The notes under the pieces were generated by a model, which did not search any database, was not told where the DNA came from, and was given only the letters and a program-made list of their open reading frames with translations. Below are positions 37,917 through 49,647 of a stretch of DNA of 64,000 nt, piece by piece (positions within the stretch are counted from its first letter, which is position 1; the number at the start of each line of letters is the position of its first letter). This DNA is from Oscillospiraceae bacterium (GTDB lineage Bacteria > Bacillota > Clostridia > Oscillospirales > JAAYXM01): the NCBI GenBank assembly GCA_015068085.1, contig SVLF01000004.1:12821-76820 (forward strand), in the 5' to 3' direction. The translations under genes were made by a program, and so were the position numbers.

Positions 37917-38873
37917 ATGATAAAAGTAGTTTTAATCGGTTGCGGTTCAATAAGCATGGCGCACATTTCTGCATTTGAAAAAACAAGCGGAGCGAAGATT
38001 GTGGCAGTATGCGACATATCGGAAGAAAAAGTGAATGCGGCAATACAAAAAACGGGAGCACAGGGTTTTTCTGATTATAAGCAGATGATAACGGAAACAA
38101 ATCCTGATCTTGCCGTAATAACGCTTCCACATGCGCTTCATTGCGAGGCCGTCTGCTTCTGTGCTGAGCATGGGACTGATGTTTTTGTTGAAAAGCCTAT
38201 GGGTATAAGCTCCGAAGATTGCGAAAAAATGATCGAATGCTGCAAAAAGAGCAAAGTTATGCTTTGGGTGGGAAATCTGCAAAGATATATGCCGGCTAAT
38301 GTAATTGCCAAGCAACTTGTTGATTCGGGAGAATACGGGAAACTGATAAGCATTACCGAGGTTCGGAACGGAGAATATTTTACGGAAAGACGTCCGAAAT
38401 GGTTCTCCCAAAAAGCATTATCCGGCGGCGGAATTGCAATGAATCTCGGTGCTCACGCACTCGATAAAATGAAATATTTTACGAACGGTGCGAGGATTAA
38501 GGATATTTGCGGAAGCATTCATCTGCCGGAAGGTTCAGAGTGCGAGGACGGTTTTTCTGCACTCGTAACAATGGACAACGGAGTGGTGGGTACATTAAAT
38601 ATCATAGGATATACAAGTGCATGCAAATATGAAACAGTTCTGTATCTCACAAACGGAGAAATCCGAATGCAGCTCGAAGACAATGGCTATATTGAACATT
38701 GCAAGCGTGGTGAGGATTTTGTCCGCACTCCTTGCGGTAATGTGAGTGCCATGGATATGCAGATTGCTGAGCTGGTGGACAGACTGAACAACGGAAACCG
38801 CGCACCGGTTGTCGATGGAGAGTATGGAAAAGATATAGTACACGCTATAAAGCGCTTGTATTCCGAGGAATAA
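37917..38873 (+). CDS. Gfo/Idh/MocA-family oxidoreductase
   Basis: MIKVVLIGCGSIS Rossmann start and VFVEKPMG (EKP) motif. 318 aa. Confidence 0.8.
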   Translation: MIKVVLIGCGSISMAHISAFEKTSGAKIVAVCDISEEKVNAAIQKTGAQGFSDYKQMITETNPDLAVITLPHALHCEAVCFCAEHGTDVFVEKPMGISSEDCEKMIECCKKSKVMLWVGNLQRYMPANVIAKQLVDSGEYGKLISITEVRNGEYFTERRPKWFSQKALSGGGIAMNLGAHALDKMKYFTNGARIKDICGSIHLPEGSECEDGFSALVTMDNGVVGTLNIIGYTSACKYETVLYLTNGEIRMQLEDNGYIEHCKRGEDFVRTPCGNVSAMDMQIAELVDRLNNGNRAPVVDGEYGKDIVHAIKRLYSEE

Positions 38874-38968
38874 AAATTATCCCGAATAAAAGCCTGATAT
38901 ATTTATCAGATGCCAAAAAGTAATTAACCTGCATAAGGTTGATATAAAACAAAAGGAGGAATTTTAAA

Positions 38969-40528
38969 ATGAAAAAACTTATCGCTCTAACCCTTGCAGC
39001 AATTATGCTGTTCGCACTCTGCGCATGCGGAGGTAGCGGTGGCACAACAACAGGTGATGTCTCTTATGACATTCCGGAAGGTAAACAACTCCCCGATGAT
39101 GCCGTCGTCAACGTTACTGTCGCAAGCCATGAATCATGGCCGTACAACGAAAACTGGAAGATATGGGAATACATCCGCGAAGCGATGGGCGGAACGATTA
39201 ATTACAATGCTATTCCGTCTTCTGATTTCGCAACAAAGTTCCCGCTTATCATGGCAAGCCCGGATTCCTTCCCGGACGTAATCGGTTTCCAGGGTAAACC
39301 TGCCGGCTTTGCTGATTTTGCACAGCAAGGTGCATTCCTTGCACTTGACGATTATGAGGAGTTTTTGCCGGATTACAATGAGTTCTGGAGCTCTCTGCCT
39401 GAGGATGAGCAGTGGATGAGAAATACCCGTCGTGCATCAGACGGTAAGGTTTACTATGCACCCATTTATGGTATGGAGAGATCAACCAACGTCCGCAGCT
39501 GGCTCTACCGCAAGGACATCTTTGATAAGCACGGTCTTGAGTCTCCCGAGACGATTGATGACCTTTACACCGTTTCAAAAAAGCTTAAAGAGCTGTATCC
39601 GGATTCATATCCGCTTTGCATGAGATCAGGGCTTACGAACATAAATGTTATCGGTTCATCCTTCAAGCCGAACTTCCACTATGATGTATATTATGATTTT
39701 GAAAATGAGAAGTGGAGCTATGGCGCAACCGAGAGCGAGGTTATGCTCGAAATGGTAGAGCTTTTCAAAAAAATGGTTGATGAAAAGCTCATTCCGGCAG
39801 ACTTTTTCACAATCAATGCTGCTTCATGGGAAGAGCTTGTATCAACCGACCGCGGATTTATGATGCCGGAATATCAGGTGCGTATTGACTTCTTTAATTC
39901 CATTGTACGCGCAAAGAATCCGGAGTATACTCTTGCAGCAATGGTTCCGCCGAAATCCACGAACGGAACAGGTATCGCAATGGTCAATAAATTCAACAAT
40001 GACCCGATGGGCTTTGGCGTTCTCAACACAGGTGATAAGGGTCGAATTGCAAACGCCATGAGATACGTCAACTGGTTCTACTCCGATGAAGGTGCAGAGA
40101 TAATCAGCTGGGGTAAAGAAGGGGAAACGTATGAGGTTGTAGACGGCAAGCGCAGGTTTATACTCGGCGAGGATGAGAATGCAAATGCAAAATATGGATT
40201 TAAGACAATTGGCACATATCTCCGCGTAGATCCGGCTGTAATCGATGCTTCCATCTCTGAAGAACAGGCGGCGACAACTGATTTTATGCTTGAGCATACT
40301 TATCCGCATCTTGATCCCAAAATGTATATGGAAATTTCGGCTGAAGACAGTGCGCTTGTTGCAGATTATGAGACATCTCTTAAGACCGTTGTTGAGGAAA
40401 ATATTATGAAGTTTGTTATCGGTCAGCGCCCGCTTACCGAATGGGATGCTTTTCAGAAAGAGATTTCTGAGCTTCCTGTCTCTGAGCTTCTTGCAATCTA
40501 CGAAAAAGAATATAACAAGATAAAGTAA
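38969..40528 (+). CDS. Extracellular solute-binding lipoprotein (large family-1 ABC substrate-binding protein type)
   Basis: Lipobox LFALCACGG. ~520 aa. Paralog of 42036-43583. Confidence 0.75.
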   Translation: MKKLIALTLAAIMLFALCACGGSGGTTTGDVSYDIPEGKQLPDDAVVNVTVASHESWPYNENWKIWEYIREAMGGTINYNAIPSSDFATKFPLIMASPDSFPDVIGFQGKPAGFADFAQQGAFLALDDYEEFLPDYNEFWSSLPEDEQWMRNTRRASDGKVYYAPIYGMERSTNVRSWLYRKDIFDKHGLESPETIDDLYTVSKKLKELYPDSYPLCMRSGLTNINVIGSSFKPNFHYDVYYDFENEKWSYGATESEVMLEMVELFKKMVDEKLIPADFFTINAASWEELVSTDRGFMMPEYQVRIDFFNSIVRAKNPEYTLAAMVPPKSTNGTGIAMVNKFNNDPMGFGVLNTGDKGRIANAMRYVNWFYSDEGAEIISWGKEGETYEVVDGKRRFILGEDENANAKYGFKTIGTYLRVDPAVIDASISEEQAATTDFMLEHTYPHLDPKMYMEISAEDSALVADYETSLKTVVEENIMKFVIGQRPLTEWDAFQKEISELPVSELLAIYEKEYNKIK

Positions 40529-40583
40529 GTTAAGATTTTAAATAGAAGCGGTGGTTCATTACCGCTTCTATTTAAAAGAAAGA

Positions 40584-41870
40584 GGGGCTTATATGAAGTT
40601 TGGTGTCTCAAAAGATATAATTACGCCAATTTTACCAACGCGCCTTGCGTGTCCGCAGTACGACCGTGATAAGGTTTTTGCGGATGTTCACGATGATATA
40701 TTTGTGCGTACACTTGTACTTGATGACGGTAGTGAAAAAACAGTGTTAATGTCATTTGATTTGCTCTTCCATGACCGTGTTCTCAATCAAAAGATAGAGG
40801 CTTACGCTATGAAAAAATATGGCGTTAACCCTGCATCAGTGATAATTTCATACACTCATGCTCACACAGCTCCTGCTGTAATCGGTTACAATCCGGGATT
40901 TCACAGTGACGAATACGAAGAGTTTTTGCTGACTCGCGCAAAAAACTGCCTTGACCGTGCAATGTGTACGATGATTGAAGGAACGCTCGAGTACGGCACA
41001 TTCGATGCTGATTTTAATATCAGTCGCCGTGGTAAGGTAAATGGTGAATTCAAAAATATACCAAATGTTGATTATCCTCATGATACTGAGTTTTCGGTGA
41101 TGTGCGTGCGCGATATGGAGAATAACATCCGCGCGATTATGATGAACTATGCTTGCCATCCGGTGTTTTATCCGACAAGCAGGGCAGTCAGCGGCGAATT
41201 TCCCGCACGCTTGTGCCAGTATATTGATTTGATGCACTATGGTTGTGTTTCAATGTTTTTTCAGTCAGCAGGCGGAGATGTTCGTCCAAGCGCAAGCGCG
41301 GATTTGGAAAATATGCGCTGGAAGAGTCCGATGACATTTGCGGATATTGATGCATTTGCACGGGATATCGCAGATGCTGTGAGTGATTTCATCCGGAAAG
41401 GCAGTTGTAAAAAACAAGCGTTATCCATTGCATCGGATAGTTTTGAAATTGAACTTCCAATGGAGCCTGAGCCGATTGAATATTTTAAAAACTATCTTCG
41501 CGATTACGGCGACGATATGACGAATCCAAACTGCGTAAATGCTGATATCATTGTAAACAGCGGTTATGCAAAACTTTCCCAAAGCGTTACACTGCATTGT
41601 CAGACTGTACGCATCAGCGATGATTTATATATCGCTGCAATGGGCGGCGAGCCGTGCTTCGGTGTAAAGCAGGCTGTTAAAGCTGCATTCGGAGGAAAGT
41701 CGGTGCTGTTTATCGGATACACAGACTCGTGTGCATATATAGTGGATGATAGAATCTTATCTGAGGGCGGATATGAACCGACATGCCATCTTGAATACGG
41801 GCTTATCGGTCCATTCAAACCGGGGCTTGATAGGTTATATTACGAAGCTTTCAGGTCTTGTCAACGGTAA
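40584..41870 (+). CDS. Neutral/alkaline ceramidase N-terminal-domain-like hydrolase; 3' end is chimeric
   Basis: ATG at 40584 (MKFGVSKDIITPILPTRLA...VHDDIFVRTLVLDDGSEKTVLMSFDLL) matches the N-terminal pattern of this family as I recall it. The last ~6 codons and the stop (41868-41870) lie inside the SLH-gene remnant, read out of frame. Confidence 0.5.
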   Translation, partial: GAYMKFGVSKDIITPILPTRLACPQYDRDKVFADVHDDIFVRTLVLDDGSEKTVLMSFDLLFHDRVLNQKIEAYAMKKYGVNPASVIISYTHAHTAPAVIGYNPGFHSDEYEEFLLTRAKNCLDRAMCTMIEGTLEYGTFDADFNISRRGKVNGEFKNIPNVDYPHDTEFSVMCVRDMENNIRAIMMNYACHPVFYPTSRAVSGEFPARLCQYIDLMHYGCVSMFFQSAGGDVRPSASADLENMRWKSPMTFADIDAFARDIADAVSDFIRKGSCKKQALSIASDSFEIELPMEPEPIEYFKNYLRDYGDDMTNPNCVNADIIVNSGYAKLSQSVTLHCQTVRISDDLYIAAMGGEPCFGVKQAVKAAFGGKSVLFIGYTDSCAYIVDDRILSEGGYEPTCHLEYGLIGPFKPGLDRLYYEAFRSCQR

Positions 41871-41958
41871 GAACGGACGTATTACTCCGACAGATTACAC
41901 AACACGCGCAGAGGTAGCAGTACTTATCAAGAGAATATTGGATTATATAAAGCAGTAA
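41848..41958 (+). pseudogene. 3'-terminal remnant (~37 codons) of a third SLH-anchored surface-protein gene
   Basis: Translates as ..SGLVNGKNGRITPTDYTTRAEVAVLIKRILDYIKQ*. Compare ..SGLVNGKSGKIAPTDYTTRAEVAVLIKRILDYMK* (end of 28981-37857) and ..GIVNGKSGRIAPADYTTRAEVAVLIKRILDYKASLA* (end of 1-3220). No upstream SLH or lyase sequence precedes it. Confidence 0.8.
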
Positions 41959-42035
41959 ATATATTATACCATATCCCCTCCGCTCAGGATGACACGGGGA
42001 AGAAATGAAAAAACAAAAAAGGAGAATTCAACAAA

Positions 42036-43583
42036 ATGAAAAAACTTATCGCTCTAACCCTTGCAACCGTTATGCTCTTTGCGCTCTGCGCGTGCGGCGG
42101 CAACAACGGACAAACTTCACTTGACGGGCAGGACCCGACAGAGCCGCTTACAAAAGACGATGTGATCAAATATATGGTGGTGTCCAGTGCAAGTTGGCCG
42201 TTTCGAGAGGACTGGAAACTGTGGGAGTATATGCAGGAGGGCTCGGGTGCAACGCTCGATATGATTTCCATACCGGCAAAAGATTCAGGGTCGAAATTCC
42301 CGCTTCTATTTGCTGCTCGCGATGAGCTTCCGGATCTTATGGCATTTGAAACAATGGGACAACATACCAACTTTGCAGGTGAAGGGCTTATCGCATTTGA
42401 AGATTTAGAGGCATATATGCCAAATTACAACGCATGGCTTGATTCTCTTTCACAGGAAGAGTATGACGTCGTTGTTAAAAACCGCAAACGTGCTGACGGC
42501 AAGATTTACTACACTCCGGGAACCGGACGTGAGGGAAGAACACGTATGCGTGCATGGCTTTACCGTGAGGATATTTTCAAAAAGCATAATCTTTCGGCAC
42601 CTACTACATATGATGAACTCTATGAGGTATGTAAAACATTAAAGGAGCTTTATCCGGAATCTTATCCTTATAGTACAAGAAGCTTCAATTATGTGTTCGA
42701 TCTGCCAGGCTCATCATTTGATAAGTGGTGGCAATATGGTGCATATTACGATTTTGACGATGAAGAGTGGCATTGGGGTGCAACTGAGGATACCGCACTT
42801 GAGGTTGTAACGTTCTATAAAAAAATGATAGACGAAAAGCTTATGCCTGCCGATTGTGTAACTATGAACGGCTCTGCGTTTGATGAGCTTGTTCTTACAG
42901 ACAGAACGTTTATTATGCCGCATCTTCAGTTAAGAATCGATCACTATAATAATCTTGCACAAAAGAATAATCCCGAATTCAAAATTCAGGCATTTGTGCC
43001 TCCTGTTGCAAATGCAGAAAAAGGCGTTTCCATGATGGAGCGCGGCGACATTGAGATGGTAGGTATTTCAATTCCGGATACAGGAAGAGCGGAAGGCATT
43101 GCAAATGCAGCAAAATTCCTTGACTGGATGTATACCGATGAGGCAATGGAACTTGTTTCATGGGGCAAAGAAGGAGAAACTTACGAAGTTGTTGATGGGA
43201 AGAAAAAGTTCATAACAGATGATGTGGGTACACTGCCTAATATTATGTACGGATTCCAGCTTTATGGCTCATTCTGCCGCTTAGATCCCGAGGCGGCAAA
43301 GGCTATGCAGTCTGAAACAACAATCGAGAGTGAAGCGATCGTAGCACAGCATCAGCTGCCGCATTATCCGGTTACATTATGGCTTGACTTCAACGACGAA
43401 GAGCAAGCAACGATTGATATGTATTATACAGGATTACATACTAATTCTGAGGAAATGCTTGTTAAGTTTATGCTCGGTCAGGAACCGCTTTCAAACTTTG
43501 ACAAGTTTGTTGAGACGCTCAAAGAAATGGGTGTTGAAGAAGTTCTCGCTGCATATGAATCTGCATACAACCGTGTAAAGTAA
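42036..43583 (+). CDS. Extracellular solute-binding lipoprotein, paralog of 38969-40528
   Basis: Lipobox LFALCACGG. The 33 nt around the start (42033-42065) are identical to 38966-38998. The mature parts are clearly diverged but collinear (..WLYREDIFKKHNL..LKELYPESYPY.. vs ..WLYRKDIFDKHGL..LKELYPDSYPL..). Confidence 0.75.
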   Translation: MKKLIALTLATVMLFALCACGGNNGQTSLDGQDPTEPLTKDDVIKYMVVSSASWPFREDWKLWEYMQEGSGATLDMISIPAKDSGSKFPLLFAARDELPDLMAFETMGQHTNFAGEGLIAFEDLEAYMPNYNAWLDSLSQEEYDVVVKNRKRADGKIYYTPGTGREGRTRMRAWLYREDIFKKHNLSAPTTYDELYEVCKTLKELYPESYPYSTRSFNYVFDLPGSSFDKWWQYGAYYDFDDEEWHWGATEDTALEVVTFYKKMIDEKLMPADCVTMNGSAFDELVLTDRTFIMPHLQLRIDHYNNLAQKNNPEFKIQAFVPPVANAEKGVSMMERGDIEMVGISIPDTGRAEGIANAAKFLDWMYTDEAMELVSWGKEGETYEVVDGKKKFITDDVGTLPNIMYGFQLYGSFCRLDPEAAKAMQSETTIESEAIVAQHQLPHYPVTLWLDFNDEEQATIDMYYTGLHTNSEEMLVKFMLGQEPLSNFDKFVETLKEMGVEEVLAAYESAYNRVK

Positions 43584-43621
43584 TTCACAAACCCGCTAAT
43601 ACATACAGGGCGGAAAATTAC

Positions 43622-43658
43622 AGCCCCCCGAAAAAGCCATCGGCTTTTTCGGGGGGCT
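43622..43658. terminator. Bidirectional terminator between the convergent SBP gene and glnA
   Basis: Perfect 17-bp stem agccccccgaaaaagcc / ggctttttcggggggct with a 3-nt loop. Confidence 0.75.
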
Positions 43659-43672
43659 CTCCATATTGATGT

Positions 43673-45097
43673 TTACAGATTATAATACTGCTCAAATTCT
43701 GCGGGGTGGGGGATGGCAGCCATACGGCGGCATTCCTCACGCTTTGTTTTAATGAAGTTTGAAATAAGCTCCTTCGGGAAAACGCCGCCTGCGGTGAGGT
43801 AGTCGTTATCAGATTCAAGAGCATCAAGTGCTTCATCAAGTGATGTCGGAAGGCTACTCAGCTTTGCCTTTTCCTCTTCGGGGAGAGTGTAGAGGTTTAC
43901 GTCATACGGTCCCCAGCCGTTTGCGTGCGGGTCGATTTTGTTCTTTATTCCGTCAAGACCTGCCATAAGGATAGCCGCATAGCAGAAATACGGGTTGCAG
44001 GTTGCATCAGGATTGCGGATTTCAAAGCGGCGGAGATTCGGCGTTTTTGCGTATGCCGGGATGCGGATAACCGCACTGCGGTTGGAGGTTGCGTATCCTA
44101 CCGTTACCGGTGCTTCAAAGCCCGGGACAAGGCGCTTGAAGGAATTTGTGCTCGGGTTTGTTATCGCGCAGAGTGATGCGATATGTTTGAGGAGTCCACC
44201 AATGAAGTAATGCGCGGTTTCGCTGAGGTTTGAATAGCCGTTATCATCGGAGAATACCGGTTCACCATCCTTCATAAGGAGAATATGAACGTGCATACCG
44301 TTGCCTGCCTCGCCGTATACGGGCTTGGGCATAAGCGTTGCGGAAAGCCCGTGTTTGAGAGCGGTGTTGCGGATGATGTATTTAATCATCATTGTGGCAT
44401 CTGCCATCTTTGACATTTCGCCGAGCTGTGGCTCGATTTCAAACTGACCTGCCGCACCAACCTCGGGGTGATGATATTTAATCGTGATGCCTGCATCCTG
44501 CATGAGCATACACATCTCACTGCGGCATTCGTATGTCGGGTCAAACGGCTTTGCAATGTGGTAGTTCTTCTGCTTTGCAACTACCGTACCCTTGCCGTCG
44601 GTTCCGCTGTTCCAGTATGCCTGATTTGCATCAAGCGTCATACCGATGCTGTTGGGAGCAACGTTCCACGCAACATCGTCAAAAAGGTAAAACTCAAATT
44701 CCGGGAGAATGAGCATTGTATCTGCAATTCCGCTGTCGCGCATATATTTCTCTGCCGCGAGGACGATGTTACGCGGATACTGAGCGAGCGGGCGGTTTTC
44801 GGGATTGTCGATAATCATTGCGTTACCGGTCATCGAAAGCGTCGGAATTTCACAGAATGGGTCAATCGATGCGGTATCGGGATCGGGAATGAATACCATA
44901 TCGCTTTTTTCAACAACGGCGTAGCCGTAGTTTGAAGCGTCAAAGCCGATTCCGTTTTTCATTGTTTCTTCGGAGAAGTTCTGTGCGGGAATGGTTACGT
45001 GGCGGTACTGACCGTTGATGTCAACCATCTTAAAGTCTACCATTTTGATATCATTGTCGCGGATAAGCTTTATGATATCTTTTACTGTTTTTGCCAT
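43673..45097 (-). CDS. glnA: Glutamine synthetase, type I
   Basis: 474 aa. N-terminal beta-grasp (DIKMVDFKMVDINGQYRHVTIP) and catalytic-domain motifs (..NGMHVHILL.., ..SNRSAVIRIP..). Confidence 0.92.
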   Translation of the reverse strand: MAKTVKDIIKLIRDNDIKMVDFKMVDINGQYRHVTIPAQNFSEETMKNGIGFDASNYGYAVVEKSDMVFIPDPDTASIDPFCEIPTLSMTGNAMIIDNPENRPLAQYPRNIVLAAEKYMRDSGIADTMLILPEFEFYLFDDVAWNVAPNSIGMTLDANQAYWNSGTDGKGTVVAKQKNYHIAKPFDPTYECRSEMCMLMQDAGITIKYHHPEVGAAGQFEIEPQLGEMSKMADATMMIKYIIRNTALKHGLSATLMPKPVYGEAGNGMHVHILLMKDGEPVFSDDNGYSNLSETAHYFIGGLLKHIASLCAITNPSTNSFKRLVPGFEAPVTVGYATSNRSAVIRIPAYAKTPNLRRFEIRNPDATCNPYFCYAAILMAGLDGIKNKIDPHANGWGPYDVNLYTLPEEEKAKLSSLPTSLDEALDALESDNDYLTAGGVFPKELISNFIKTKREECRRMAAIPHPAEFEQYYNL

Positions 45098-45147
45098 AGA
45101 TAAAACACTCCTGTCTTTTTATATCTCTGCCACACTGCAGCAGTTTT

Positions 45148-46239
45148 TTATTGCGCGGGTACCGTTTCCGGAGACTCTCCCGTTACGGTTACGGAGGCAT
45201 CAAGCGGGACAATTGCAACGTAGTTATCGCCGGGAACGACCTCAAGCTCACTTCCGTCTGCGGTGTAGAACTTAAAGGGAGCGGAGGAGCTTGCCCTTTT
45301 CCATGTAATATCCGTTGCGGTGCCGTTTACAAAGTACGTACCCTTTCCGCTTCCGACTGAATCAAAGCGGAGCCTGCCGGCAGTGTCGCCCTTTATCACA
45401 TATGAGTTCATACGGAGAATGAATATGTTCTTGAATGCAATCTGCACACCGGAGAGAGCGTCAACGTGCGATGTGCCGTACTGACCGATGCGATAAAGTC
45501 CGTTTTCTTTATCATATGTATATGTGCCGGTTTTATATGATGAGAACACTGCGGTGATTTTGGTTGCATCCGTACCTTCATATTCTGCGTCGTCAGAGAA
45601 ATTGAATGCCTTTCCGTAGGAAGAACTGCGCGTCATACGCACGCCGTCAGCTTCAATGCGTTCCATAATGCGGTCACCGGAGGTGAAAACGCTGTGCTCA
45701 TAGCCGCTTTGGCGGATTCTGTCCTTATCGCGCCAGTACATTGCGTTGTAGCGGCCTTCGATGAGGTCGTAGGAGTCCATACCGCGGCTTTTAATCTGGC
45801 TGTATGCTTCGGGGCTTCCGCCGATATGTACATAGACGGCATCGACGCTCTGTGCAAAATCGAGATAATACGGACGTGCAGAGCGGATTGTTCCGATCTG
45901 CGAAATATCGGAAATATCATCAAACACGGCAAGAAGCCTTGTTATACCGCCCTCGGCAAGTGCCTCAAAAACAATTCCGGCTTTCGATATACCGTATTGC
46001 GGAAGTGCCTTTTTGATGTTGTTGATCATAACGGCAACGGGGCGGCGGCTCTGTGCCTCCTCATCCTCGACCGGAAGACCGGTAAGCGCACTTTTGTAAA
46101 ACACGGGAGGTTCGGCTTTTATTTCTTCAAGAGGTTGAACGGGCGTAACGGTATTGTCGTCACTGTTACCGCCGCAGGAACAGAGCAAAAGCAAAAGTGC
46201 AAGAGTGAGGGAAAGAGCGGATAAAAGTTTGTGTTTCAT
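45148..46239 (-). CDS. DUF3048 (YerB-like) lipoprotein
   Basis: Start at 46239 (MKHKLLSALSLTLALLLLLCSCGG lipobox) with AAAGGTGA upstream. RPVAVMINNIKKALPQYGISKAGIVFEALAEGGITRLLAVF is typical of DUF3048. Confidence 0.7.
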   Translation of the reverse strand: MKHKLLSALSLTLALLLLLCSCGGNSDDNTVTPVQPLEEIKAEPPVFYKSALTGLPVEDEEAQSRRPVAVMINNIKKALPQYGISKAGIVFEALAEGGITRLLAVFDDISDISQIGTIRSARPYYLDFAQSVDAVYVHIGGSPEAYSQIKSRGMDSYDLIEGRYNAMYWRDKDRIRQSGYEHSVFTSGDRIMERIEADGVRMTRSSSYGKAFNFSDDAEYEGTDATKITAVFSSYKTGTYTYDKENGLYRIGQYGTSHVDALSGVQIAFKNIFILRMNSYVIKGDTAGRLRFDSVGSGKGTYFVNGTATDITWKRASSSAPFKFYTADGSELEVVPGDNYVAIVPLDASVTVTGESPETVPAQ

Positions 46240-46321
46240 ATCGGGAGTCACCTTTCTTTTATAATAATGTAAGTATAACATAAAAGCACGCCGCTTACAA
46301 GGGAAAAGGTTCTGTTTTCTG

Positions 46322-46732
46322 TTATGCGTTTATAATATCAAAAAGCTCGTTTAGGCGGTCGTAGCTTCCGGTAAGATAGAGATAACCCCAAAGCGCTTCA
46401 AATGCAGTTGCGGTGTGATATGTTTCCGGAGTCGCGTGCTTTGGAAGCGTATTCACTTTTGCGTTTCTTCCGCGCAAAAAGATGTCTCTCTCTTCGTCTG
46501 TGAGAAGAGGTATAATTTTTTCTGTGGCTTTTTCCTGTGCCGAGGCAGAAACCGAGAGAACAGTGTTTTTATGAAGCTCTTTTGCCTTTCTTTTTCCGTT
46601 TTTGCACAGATTTCCGCGTACCATCAGCTCAAAAACCGCATCGCCTATGTGTGCAAGAGCGGTTGAACCCATTTCGAACATTTCATTTTTATCGAGAGTG
46701 GTGTGTAAATAATCGCGCATAAGCTCCTCCAA
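46322..46732 (-). CDS. mrnC: Mini-ribonuclease 3 (Mini-III)
   Basis: 136 aa. ALAHIGDAVFELMVR RNase III-like signature and ..AFEALWGYLYL... Confidence 0.85.
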   Translation of the reverse strand: MEELMRDYLHTTLDKNEMFEMGSTALAHIGDAVFELMVRGNLCKNGKRKAKELHKNTVLSVSASAQEKATEKIIPLLTDEERDIFLRGRNAKVNTLPKHATPETYHTATAFEALWGYLYLTGSYDRLNELFDIINA

Positions 46733-46852
46733 GGTTGTTTTCTATTATTGTAATGCAGAACGGGGAAAAAGTCAAACTATATATCGGAGGATACCGATTA
46801 TACAAAACGGACAAAATCTTAAAAACAATTTGAAAATTATCTGTTAAAAGAA

Positions 46853-46881
46853 TTGATAATTTGTGCAAAATGTGGTAAAAT
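46853..46881 (+). promoter_or_regulatory. Sigma-A-type promoter of the V-ATPase operon
   Basis: TTGATA (46853-46858), 17 nt spacer, TAAAAT (46876-46881) with a TGg extended -10. Confidence 0.5.
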
Positions 46882-46920
46882 AACAAAAATGTATTTTCAG
46901 AAAACAAGGCGGTGAGATTT

Positions 46921-47234
46921 ATGGCACGAGATGCCGTCAATAAAATAGTTGATGCAGAGGCTGATGCGGCTGCCGCGATATCCGAGGCGCGTGAACGCGC
47001 AAGAAGGATTGTGGCGGATGCCGAAAAGGAATGCCGCGTTTCTCTTTCGGATGCAGAAAAAGCCGCAGAGCAAGAGGCTGCGTCTCTTATCGCAAAGGCA
47101 GAGGAGAGTGCGCGTGCAAATGCGGAAAAGATACTTTCTTCTTTTTCCAATGAACACGAAAAGCTTTCTGCGCTTGCTGCTTCGCGAATGGATAAGGCAG
47201 CTGCAGTCATAGCGGAAAGGGTTGTGAACGGATA

Positions 47235-47235
<1 letters not shown>
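46921..47235 (+). CDS. V/A-type ATPase small peripheral-stalk subunit (subunit G/H-like; E. hirae NtpF position)
   Basis: 104-aa A/E/R-rich coiled-coil protein at the first position of the operon. ATG at 46921 lies 6 nt after GGTGA. Confidence 0.65.
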
Positions 47236-49632
<2,397 letters not shown>

Positions 49633-49647
49633 GGCGGTTTTCACGAT

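Noticed and set aside
37429-38130. 233-aa minus-strand ORF bridging the giant-gene 3' end and the Gfo/Idh/MocA gene
   Set aside because: It is antisense to two confident plus-strand genes and crosses their intergenic hairpin. It is Cys-rich with no motif.
41746-41958. 70-aa ORF treated as a small gene
   Set aside because: Its first half is an alternative frame of the ceramidase-like gene. Its second half is the 3' remnant of an SLH gene. It is annotated as a pseudogene fragment instead.
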